A DNA stretch of 61,837 bases, the filler included, from Vannella sp. (lineage: Eukaryota): the NCBI GenBank assembly GCA_023345925.1. It is 7 parts of 7 records of this genome, joined end to end, with 100 filler letters (N's around TTAATTAATTAA, not from the genome) between each part and the next. Parts side by side here need not be neighbours in the genome. Positions count along the whole stretch, not along the records: positions 1 to 15,597 come from JAJQQN010000261.1; 6 more parts are not named here. One strand, given 5' to 3'. This document shows, in pieces, positions 1 through 11,000 of this stretch. The notes under the pieces were generated by a model, which made no database searches, was not told where the DNA came from, and was given only the letters and a program-made list of their open reading frames with translations. The position numbers and the translations under genes were made by a program. Numbering within the stretch: the first letter of the stretch is position 1; each line of letters begins with the position of its first letter.

Positions 1-686
1 ACAAGATGTAGCTGTACAAGAAGTAACTGAACAGGAATCCTGCAGGGTTCCTGTCAGGAATGGAAAGGTGGAGAGCTCAACTGATGATACATACCACTGA
101 TATCACAAGCCCAGTTGTGCATTGTGGCAGGCTTGGTGGCAGAGTCGCAGAGGACGTATCGAGGACCAAGGAAGAGGGAGAAGAACATGGCGATGCAGAA
201 CAGTCCAAGACACAAGTGTATCATGAAAGGGATCTTGCTATGTCCTCTGAGCATCACAGGACGCAACAAAGCCGTAAAACAGTAGAAGTAACAGAGCAAG
301 AAGCCAACGCAGCACAACACCGCATCAATCACACGGAAGGCGATCATCTCTCCCTCAGAGAAGGACGGAGCCAAACAAGCCACCAAACACATACCATACT
401 CTTCGCTCCAAGCCAGAGTTTCCGGGCAAAGGCCGCGAGAGTAAACGGGCATCTCCCCGTTCATCACCAAGGTGAAGGGAGAAGAACCGAAATGGGAAGT
501 CAACCATGCACAATACCATTCTCTAGCGATTTGGAGGCCATTCGGGGGGTCCTGAATGTCACAGGAGGCATGTATGAGAGAGGACGAGAACTCGCCTTTC
601 TTCCTTATGAGGTAGCTGTACAGATTAGAACCTATTCCTCCGGCAATTCGTCTGTAAACCGCTTCTCCCTCGTTGTGTTCTTCTGA
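1..686 (-). CDS. Frizzled/Smoothened-like 7TM receptor (Fsl/Fsc-like), partial; runs off the left edge, 5' end uncertain
   Basis: ORF 54..503(-) has the Cys linker CPETL..C..AC.AP.F before TM1, two hydrophobic helices and the loop CDSATKPATMHNWACDISG. After a GT-AG intron (~44-96) it continues GFLFSYFLYSYIL (TM3). The frame is open upstream to ~686. Confidence 0.6.
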
Positions 687-931
687 GGGGTCAGCACAGG
701 AAGCCTACGCTTGGATCCGAGCGAAAAAGGTGTCTCTTTGAGTCAAGTGTCGCAAACACACTTCTTGGAGGACGAAGGACACAAGCACTAGGCAAAGGAG
801 GGTATCTCATCCATTTGCCAGCTGTCAACAGGAGCGAACCATCCCAAAGGGAGTGATAAAGTCGATCCTTTTGATCAACGGATCCACTTTTGAGCTTTGC
901 GGCTGGCAGGATCGTGATGGTGTGTCGCGCA

Positions 932-1081
932 CCTTGTATGATATGGGATGCTGCTTCATTCAACCCCCTCCGCACTCTGGCGGGGCATGAGGAGAAGGTG
1001 ATGAGCATCGACATCGGCCAAGACTTGTCCACGATCATCTCCTCGGTCTACGACCACACGTGGAAGGCCTGAGAGCAATAA
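932..1081 (+). pseudogene. PRPF4: Isolated C-terminal WD40 repeat resembling U4/U6 snRNP protein Prp4
   Basis: CMIWDAASFNPLRTLAGHEEKVMSIDIGQDLSTIISSVYDHTWKA* matches the last Prp4 repeat (LAGHEGKVM..D......I...YD.T.KLW). TGA sits where the final Trp is expected, and no upstream Prp4 exons are visible. Confidence 0.5.
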
Positions 1082-1163
1082 AGCTTCCCAATGATCCTTC
1101 TCACGTGTCTTGCTCTTCCTCCTCTTCGCATTTCCTCGCCGCCCTCTCCCCCGAGCTGGGAAC

Positions 1164-4100
1164 ATGTCCAGCTTCTTCCGCACGCTTCGTACGAAGCGAG
1201 AGACGCCCTTTGAGACTTCTATAGTGGCTACTGGAGATGGTGAAACGACTTTGGAAGGGTCAAAGGAGAAGATTAAGCGCCCTTCTCGGAGGAAGAGTGT
1301 TTCGAAGGTTCAAGCAGTGCCACCTCCCTCCCCTGAGCCTTCTGGGACCGTAGCACCAGTAGATGCAAACAAGCAAAGCCCCACTGTTCCTTCGAAACCT
1401 CCAAGGCGCCTGCGGGCTGCAACCTCGATGGCTTGGGTCTCCCCATTGATACAGTCCAGTCGCCGCTTCAATCGACAGTCAGAAGATGAGAAGGAGACTT
1501 CTACTATATCAGAGGAGCTCGCAGTGCAGCCAAACGTGGTCCCACTCGCTTGGGAGAAGCACTTTGATCGCGAACGTGACCGGTTCTCCTTTGAATGGTG
1601 GGGTGATCGCAAAGGCGCACCGCAAGAGTTCACTACTGGAGACATATCAGTTCGGCAAGTTGCTCTTGGAGGGCGCCACTTCGTTCTCCTGTCCAGTAAG
1701 TGACATGGAGTGCGAGTTGAGTGTACTTACATGCTCTTGACCGTCTGTAGAGGAAGGCAAAGTGTACACATGGGGTGAAGGATCTTCTGGACAGCTTGGA
1801 CATGGCAACAACCTCTCGCTGAGCGAGCCAACTCTTGTAAAGGCACTGGAAGGTCTCATAGTCTCTCAGATCTTCAGTATCGCCGCGCACAGCGCTGCTC
1901 TCACCAACACAGGAGCCTTGTATACCTGGGGATGGATAGGAACGAAGGATATGAACAACGTCCCGCTCCAGGTCGAAGCTCTTCGCGGACAGCGGATTCA
2001 AAAGGTCGCTCTGGGGGCATACCACACGGCTGTCCTTCTCGCTGAAGAGGAAGGTTCTAACAGTGGTGGCCGAGTACACACATGGGGCTTTGGAGCTAAA
2101 GGGCAACTGGGACACGGGGACCTTCTGTTTCAAGCAGAGCCAAAGCTTCTCGAGGCACTGGAGGATATCAACGTGGTCGACATCTTCTCGAGCGAGTCTT
2201 ATATGGCTGCACTATCGAAAGAAGGCTGCGTGTATCTGTGGGGGAGCAACGAGAAAGGTGTTCTGAGCGTGAACGTCACACAAAGTGTTCTTTCCGTTCC
2301 CTCACTGCTCACTGACCTCTCTGGAATCGTCCATTTGGCATGTGGGGTCTCTTCTATAGCAGCAGTCACGCGGGAAGGAGCTGTATTCACGTGGGGAAAG
2401 AATAGCGAAGGGCAACTTGGTCACGGCGGTGAAGAAGACACCATTCAACCTCCTAAGCAAGTTGCTAAGCTTGCAGGAACTCGCATTGTTGGATTGGCAG
2501 CTGATAATAACTACACCATTGCCTGGAGTGACCGTGGTCAGGCTTTCTCTTGGGGCAGCAACCGAAACAACCGTTTGGGCATCGCCTCTGATGATCCGAT
2601 TCGGACAGAGCCCACATTGATCCCTTCTCTCAATGGGAAGAACATTATTGAAGTGTCTTGCAGCTCAAGAACGATTGTAGCATGCGTTGGGAAGAAGATT
2701 TTCGGAATCCCGCTGATGAAGGCACTTGAAGAGGGCGATGCTGTCCCTGGCGTTATCCGGGAGTGTATTTCATTCCTAATGCGCCAATGTGAGTGTTACC
2801 AACACAACCCTCTCTAATCCGTACTGACTGGGTGCTTAGTGAATCATGAAGGAATCTTCAGAATGACCGCGTCCGGAGTGCTGAAGCAGCAGCTTATTTC
2901 CTGGTGGGACAGTGGGTATTACGTGAATATGGGGGACTCTCCAGATGTTGATTCAGTCGCAAGTCTCTTGAAATATTTCCTCACTGCGCTTCCCATCCCT
3001 CTGATGACCTTCACACTGTTCGACCAGTTCTTGGCAGTGCAAAAGGATCCCTTAGACTGCTTGCATCGCCTCGAGGGGCTTCGCAATGTACTTCAGAAAC
3101 TCCCAGCAGAGAATAGAAACCTTCTGGAGTGTATTCTGAAGCTACTGAAGCATGTTACAGCCCATCGAAAGCTCTCTCTGATGGATGCACGCAACTTGGC
3201 GACGATCTTTGCTCCTGCATTCTTCCGACCACCTCCAGAGCAGGTTGAACTGGCCAAAGACATTAATGTGCAAATCAAACTCTGCCAGAAGCTCATCAAA
3301 TTCTTCCCCGCTCACCTTGCTGAGAACTCTGTGGAGATGCTGAACAGTGCTTGCCAAGTGCTTATTGATGAATCCAGAACTAAGGAGGAGATTCAAGCGA
3401 GCCAGCATCGCCACTGGCACGCTTGGGCCAAGAATTTGATGGATCCAACGTGCAGCTTTGTCGGAAGTGATGGAACTTCAGCGTCCTTTGCCCAAATTCT
3501 TTTTGAGAGCGAGGCTATTGACCTCTCAATCCAAAGTGCCCTTCTGTTCTTCCCCCGTCCAGATACTCTGCCCTATTTGGAGCAGCTACTGTCCCTTCTC
3601 AGTGACATTCCCATCTCTACTGTGCTCAGCCTTTTGGAAGGATTCAGCGAGACTCAACTGTCTGTACTGGAGAGAGCGTATTTTGGGATGGTTCTCTCTT
3701 CTCATAAGGATATAGACAACTTTGGTGGGCTCAAATCGTCCCCAGATGTTGACTGGCGCTCTCAGCAGCTCACAGAATATCCCATTGAGGAGGAAGAACT
3801 CAAAAATCAACTCCAAGCCACAGAAAGAGCAGCGCTAGCGCTTCGTCAATCGGAGCAAGACCGAGAACAAGCAGCGAAAAGGAAGCCCAAGTCCTCCTCT
3901 GCTTCTAGACCTCCTCCGACTGAAATCATCGCCTTCCTACACAGGGAAAGGCGAAACTACGAAGAGAAACTGTCCTTATTGAACCGCGACCGCGAGAACC
4001 ACACGCAAGGCAAGGAGGTTCATGACCCTCAGGAAATTCAACTTGAGAAGGGGCTTATCACTCTCTGCAGTGAATACGACGATGGCAAGAAGAAGATCCA

Positions 4101-4972
4101 AGATATGAGAAACCAATTGGAAGCAATTGAGTCTGCAATTACGGAGCACGCTGTGGAGAGCTCGTTAGAGCATCAGCGGTACAAAGATGAACTGGAAGAG
4201 GTGGACAGCAATATCGAGAACAAGCAACAAGAGCTAAAGCTCTTTACACAGGCTGAGAATGCTCTTGGACAGTTCTTCCGAGGACCTTTTGATGCCAATC
4301 ACCGGCGCCTCATGCAGAGAAAACTTGATCTCGAAAGTGCATTAATGTCAAACACTAGCCTCTGTCCTCCCCTTATTCACCGGTATTTAGAGGCTGTCTG
4401 TGGACTCTTCCAAGAGATCCGGAAACGAATGAAACGTGCTCTGAAGGACAAAACGCACATCAAGAACACTTACGGAGATTCTGTAGCTTCCACAGTTGAG
4501 TCGGAATACCTCCATCTCCAAGAGGCTTTCCACGAGAGTCTCGTCGAATCAGAGGAGGTAGCCTCCATCTACCTGCCAATTGTTCGGTATACCCGCAAGT
4601 GAGTATTCAAGGCATTCCACTTTCTTTTCTTTGTCTAATCACAAGTAGCTGGGTGGCTTTCTGTCAGAATTCTGGGATTCAACCTCATCAACACGAAGCC
4701 CTTGACCAGTTCATTGCACAGTCTCATCTTAATTCAACTACGACAATGCGACAGTTTCTAGAAACCCTCTTCCGCGCCTTCGGACTCTTTGAAGTACCTT
4801 CTGAGGGTGAGAATCAACTCTTTGCCTCCACACAAATGATTCTGACACTTTTACAGCCCAACCTGCCAACCTCTTCCAAGACATCCAACGCCTTCTTTCT
4901 GACATTCAAGAGAACATTGGAGCGATTTATAAGCGACACCAGCTGGGTGGCGGCCCTTCTGAGTCTGAGTAA
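1164..4972 (+). CDS. RCC1-repeat + RhoGAP + coiled-coil protein (5 exons)
   Basis: RCC1 repeats (YTWGEGSSGQLGHG, HTWGFGAKGQLGHG, FTWGKNSEGQLGHG) are followed by a RhoGAP (IFGIPL..., EGIFR arginine finger, VASLLKYFL..LP.PL, MDARNLATIFAP) and a coiled coil. Introns lie at ~1696-1750, 2789-2839, 4599-4648 and 4807-4856. The spliced frame ends GGGPSESE-TAA at 4972. Confidence 0.85.
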
Positions 4973-5048
4973 GAATGACATCATTGAGTCGTGGTTGTTT
5001 ATAAAATGGAAAGCTGCCAATCAGCTTCTTCTTTACATCAGCAGAGCC

Positions 5049-8000
5049 TCATTCCTTATTTTTACGAGGAGAAGCTTCGACAGAATTGAGTTTTCCAAGT
5101 TCTTCGCGAAGTTCAGCGAGGGCAAGGCGAAGGGCAGACTTTTTGTGGACTTGTTCGCGCTCCCACTTGTTGATTTGTTGCAAAATTTCTTTCTTTTTGA
5201 GGGAAAAGTGGGTTCGAATGACTTGTTCAAAGCCGACTGGAGGCCTTCGAAGCATTTCCACCATCGCATATCGGACCGTCTCGGGCTTAATGTTTTGGTT
5301 GTAAACGCGGGAGTTGACCCAGCCCATTGGAGTGCCAATCCACCTCTCATAAGAGGGCTCATTGAAGTAGGGGTGTTCCACAAAGATGAGGGCTTGGATG
5401 GAGACAAATACTTGGAGTAGAGTGGAGTTATCCTTGTTCCATTGTTCATTGGCTGCTCCTTTCCATGTTCCCAGCAAGGAAAGGCAAACCTTTCCGCACT
5501 TGTACAAGTTTGGATTAAATCGCACCTCCCCATGTCCGGTAGTTCGCAGATTAACCAAAGGTGGACCATGAGGATATCTTGACCCGCAGAATACATCAAC
5601 TAGAAGATAGTTAGAGACTGAACCTGCAAGAGGATGGAAAGGAACTTACAGAGGAAACACCCATTCTCGTATGGAGTCTTTGCCGGGCCTGTGATGAGAA
5701 CTTGCATGGAAGAAATATTGGAAGGGTCCAGGAGAAGGAAAACGGATGAATTCCAGTGAAGCGGCAAGTCTGAGCGCAACGAACTTATCTCCCCGATTAA
5801 CCGCGTTACTGTCTCCCTCGGCAGGCTGACTCCTTGAGCCTTGGACCGATAATGGAACCCAAGCTCTGTGCTAATGCCTTCTCGTTCACCTAGGAGATAC
5901 TCCCCCAGGCTCTCTCGATACTGATTACGAACGCGTTCTGAATGCTTGACCTTCTTCCGTGGAGAAACAGGATCAACAGTGAGGGTTCGTAAGCTTTCCT
6001 GTCGACGGCGATATTTCTTGGCCTGTGATAATCTCTTCAAAGTGAGTTTTACTTCATCAGCCAGAGCCGCCTGTCGTTGCTCCTCCTTTGTAATCGTTTG
6101 TGAGAGAGAAGGCAACGTGTTGGGTTGAATGGTATTAGAGATCTTCTCCAAGAGGTCTGCAATCGATTTAGATTGCTCTGGAGAAGGCAACACCAATCCC
6201 ACCAGGCTCTTATGTTCACATACAGCGCGGATGAACCCCAATATCGCGCGGTAAAGCTGCTCCAAGCGCATTATCTCCATCAAAGAGTCATTTTGGAGGT
6301 ACATTTGGATGATTGGTTCTAATGCTGAAGACTGGAAGACCTTCAACACCTCAGACGGGAAGATTCCATGACGGGAGGATGACTTTCGACCCTGTTCTAA
6401 GTTCCCCTCCGGGAGGAAGTCCGGAGCTGTCAGATAAGCAGAAAGTAGATCGAAGACACGAGCCAATTGGCGTGCTTTCGTCTGCTGCTGTTTGGCAAAC
6501 CTTTCGGGTTGCCAGTCAGCTTGCTCTTCATCCTTGTAGGTACCGTAGCCTGTCCCTCGTGCCCAGAAAGTCTTTGATCGACCAGGAGTTTGTTGAGCGG
6601 CCCGTTTCTCCTGAGCAGCATCGCGGACCTGATTTGTCTCACTTCCCAGCTCGTCATCGTAGAATTGGTCCCCAAGAGGATCGACATTCTCCAGCCGGCT
6701 CATGTAAAGGAGAATCTGGTGGAGGAGATTGCTGTCAAAGATGGTGTGGCGTACTGCCAGGCAGTGTGAGCGAGTCGCTGGCATGGAGAGAAGCTGAATA
6801 AGGCTCTCCTCGAGTGAGGAGATCAATTGATATTCTGAAAGTTGTAGATTTTTCATCGCGGCCTTCTTTTGCTTGCTATCAGAGTGCGTAGCAGTAATGC
6901 ATTGAACGAACCAATCAAGCACTGTCTGGAGAAGCCTAACGCACTGATTGTTGTGGATGAACATCCCCATGTAGCCCGGGATGCTTAAATGAGCATCTAA
7001 TTGGTAGCACCAGCGAGACACATGCAGAGTAGTGGGAATATCTGGATCGAAGAGAGAGTTGCACCAAACACGCAGTGTCTTCACAAGCTCCTCCAATCCC
7101 CCTCGTTGTCCAAAACGCTCCAGAATGGGGAAGCACGTGACTGGCAAGATAACTTGCTTGGCTTGCTCAATCTCATTGGACAGAGTGTCCTCATTTGAGG
7201 CATCACGTGGCAAACACGTGTACTCAAGATCGATAATCTCGCAGCTGTCTCCAGGATGGAGTGATTGGATCTCCAAGAGAGACATGGAAAGGGGAAGAGG
7301 CTCGTCAGGCTTGTGGCCAAGAGTGAAGGTGACTTTGAGGTTGTTTTGCTGTGCGCTATCTTCCAAGACCAAGGAAATCAATTCAAAGAGCTGCTGGGTG
7401 GCTGGTACTCGATACATTGGGCGCACTCGCAAGTATCTTAATGCAGAGAGATCTTCAGGGACAACCTCCTCCTTGACAGGGCGCAACTGAATGGAGTCAT
7501 CTGGCTCTTTGGATGATTGTGGCCGGAGCTCAAGCTTAACCGAGAGATTAGACACAGAAATGCCAAAGTGATAGTCACATTGTCCAGATACGGGCATGGT
7601 AAAAGAAGGCACGTAGTTGCATTGAATGTGCGCCCCATTCAGTTTAAAAGAGACGGAGCCCTCCGCATCCATTTGAGCCGAGATGATGTCACCAGTAACA
7701 AAGGCTGAGCGCGAGGATTGGGCGAGATAAGAGTTACCCATGTGGAACACGTAGTCCCCTGAAAAGGAAACCGAATTGTCTGCGTTTCCGATGGCCTTAT
7801 TCGCAAAGGAGGAAGCTAAAGTGTCAAAAGAGTACCCGGCATTGCCCACAAAGCCGATAAAGAGGTTGTTACTCGAAAAGTAGTCGGAAGTCTCCATGAC
7901 TTCCATTTCTACTGAAAAAGGGAGTTTCAAAGGGGCTGGGTGAAGCATAGACCGCAAGGTTGGCATGCTTCGAGTCTGAATAAGGTTCCCAACCAGATAA

Positions 8001-11000
8001 AAAGTGTCTTCTGGTGCGCGGCTGATCATCTCTTTCATAAAGGAGCTGTTGGACGACTCTGATGTATCCTTGATTGGCTTGGTAGGTTGCTTGCGCTCGA
8101 CCAAGCAACAAGAAACCTCAGACTTGATATTAAGTATCTCCTTGATGAGGAGAAGGCTGGGCATGAGTTGGATCCATTGAGAAGAAGGAGTTTCTCGATG
8201 GAGGAGCCGTAAAGGAGCATAAAGACGGAGGATATGATCACAAGCGATCTCCTGGTTACTCTCCGAGCTATTACTGAAGTCAGAGATCAACTCGAACAGC
8301 TGCTCACGAAGCCTGCCATTTTGTTGGGGCATTAGGCGGAGGCAAAGAGGGATAATATACTTTCCTCCCCACTCTTTGAGGGCAGCCGAGTGTGAAATAT
8401 CCTCCAGGAAGCTGTACAAGGTTGAGAGGTTCTTCAAAACCTTCAAATCAGCAGACAAGAGGTGGGGAGCTTTTCTATCTTTCGGTCCAGGAAGATGCGA
8501 CATTGAACCTCGCGAAAGTAGATTTCCTATCGTCTTCTTAGGCGGAGTCTTCCTGGGCGAGAAGAGAGAATCTTCTGTGGCAAAGGAGAGAAGTGGGGCA
8601 GCGCTTGACCGTCGGTTCATGTTGCTGAGAGCAGATTCAAGCAGAATCTCTTCCAGATTGAAGTACAAGCGCTCAAGAAGGTCAGAAGAAGCGATAGTCT
8701 CTGCAAAGGCAAGTGAAGTGTTGCAGATAGAGCCGAGAATCGCCAATTCGTTGGTGTTCTGAAGCAACGCAGACTCAATCTGCGAGTTATTAAAGAACGG
8801 CGCAAACGAGGGATGGGCTAAAAGGGTGGAGCAGAACTGCGGCTGGAAGCTGAGGACAATACAAAGAAGTCTAAGAGATCGAGTGAAGATTGCTGAGTTG
8901 GCAGAAGTCGCAACCACCTGCCCAATAAGTTTAATCAGCTGCTCTTCAAGGACAGGCACATTATGGCACAACAAAGCAGCACAAAGTGCGTCCACAAAGG
9001 GAACCACATCAAAATGAGTAAGTTCGTTAAATACAAAGTCCCTGAGCATTAACAGGCGCAGCTCTTGCTCAAGAATATCAGTACAAAGGAGCTCTACCAA
9101 ATTAGCGTGAGTTGTTGTCTTGCTAGAGAGCTGCAAGACATATTCTGTGATCGAATCAGCAATTGGTGGGGACGCCTGGGCTATCAAAAAGAGGAAGTTG
9201 ATCATATCCTCGTGCAAGGGCGAACACAGCTGGAATACTTGATCAAGGAAGGGCTCCTGAGAGAAATACTCTGCGATAGTACAGCATACTGAGCGGAAGG
9301 TCAACAGACGCTCCATCAGGAGCTTAGCAAACGAGAAGCTAAGGTTAGCAGAAGAGTGAATTTGCTTTGTTTTGAGTGTTTGACCCAGTAAAGTGATGTT
9401 GCAGAGCTGCATGGAGCTCCCTGAAGGACTGATAATCATGTTAATGAAGAAACATGGACGAGGGAACGGAATTTCGAAGCGGAAGATGTTTGAACTCTGC
9501 TGAGGGAAATGGAAAGTGTGCGTGTACTCCACGAATGCAAGCTCACTTGTGCATGTGGACACAACTAAAATGTCTGGCGGTTGCTGATGGAACTCGGAGT
9601 AGATGGTGACAGAGATTGTTTGGAGCAGCACAGAATGGGGGAACTTGCAGCCAAGAATGTAGGGCTCTTTGAATTCGAGGACACACGATTTGGTGAGCAG
9701 GCTGTCAGAGGAGCAATGGACGACTTTGGCCAAGCTATTGAGGTTCTCCAGCTTGGAGGTGGCATTAGACATAACTGGCTCTGGCCCTGGTTGTAGCGCA
9801 GAGAGAAGGAGGTCTGTAAGGTCATCCCTCATTCCTGCTCGATTCCGCTCCCCCACCAGCACACTAAGGAGATACTCATGCCCGACATGGTGTGTCACGA
9901 ATTCCTTCGCAACAGCCTCGCTGTTGAGCAGCTCGAGGCAACAGGAGATAGTCTCATTGCCGGGTATCTGACGCAGACGCGAGTTCAAAATCCTCAAAAA
10001 GTAAAAGGCCGAGTCTGGGCTGGCATGAAGCGCCTGGTGAACGAATCGGGAGAGCTTATTCGCCCGATGCTGGTTTCGTTGCTGGTCAAGGAAAGAAGAA
10101 AGCGGCATCTCATCGCGATCCAGGAAGTTGAGGAAAGCATGCCAAACAGAGGTATCAACTTGGAGAACCATTGGATGGCCTGTTCGCTGCAATCGTAAGA
10201 TATCAGTGAGTAGCTCAATGGCCTTCTCAATCAGCGACACGAACGGTCGCTGAGCTGTTTCAATGTACCGAGCAAGAGAGACCAAGAGCTTCTTGCCTAC
10301 TTCAATGGGAATGGAAGCAATCCGATGCCCTGACTGCTCAAAGAGTACTTCCAGTAGAATCTCGAGGAAGGCTCCATTATCATTCTGGAGCAAGCTAAGC
10401 TGGTCCGCCGCCTTTGATAAGTACGTATTGTAGATTGAATCATCCAGATTTGGAGCCAAAATGGTGTGAAAGAGACGGCGAAGCGATTCCCCTAGAATAC
10501 TGAATTCAGGATTAACCCGGGAAGACTCGTGAAGATGATTAAGGTGGACGGTTAGTGCCTTGGACTGGCCAATATACGCTGCATCAGCTCGATTCAGCAA
10601 ATGCAAAATGCGGTTCCATATCTGAACGGTGGAGGAGTGCAGTTTGTAATGTTCGAGAGTAGCCAATAAGAGGTCCACAAGGACCTCTGGCAATGGTCGT
10701 CGATGTTTGTTGTCTTTGATGTTCTCCAGTGCGCTCATCAGCGAGTTGCTGTCCTCCATCTTGAGCTCTCCTTTAACAGAGAAAGACATCCCACGAGCCT
10801 CGAATGGGACCATGTTCCGGCCAACCATTGCGTGAGAGTTGGTTTTGATTAATCGGCGCCGATGGAATGCTTCTACTCGCTTTACGGGAATCTGTTGGCC
10901 TGAGGTTGGAAGTGGGATTTTGCCTGAAGTGCGAGTCACTGGTATTGGCCCGGGCCCTGCTGGCGACATGGGCGGAGACAGGGTCAGAGGAATGGCAGAA

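Noticed and set aside
60..686. 208-aa plus-strand ORF and many other short ORF-track entries
   Set aside because: These are antisense or alternative-frame shadows of identified genes, often with GTG/TTG starts that are not meaningful in a eukaryote.
1070..1072. TGA reassigned to Trp (suggested by the Prp4 fragment and TGA codons in the RCC1 relic)
   Set aside because: Conserved Trp positions in intact genes use TGG, multi-kb ORFs have no in-frame TGA, and TGA ends the amylase, PIP kinase and BIRC6 genes at expected positions.
4599..5420. 273-aa ORF overlapping the BIRC6 UBC exon in antisense, as a true overlapping gene
   Set aside because: Intron 4807-4856 shifts the RhoGAP gene into a frame ending at 4972; the rest of the ORF is an antisense shadow.
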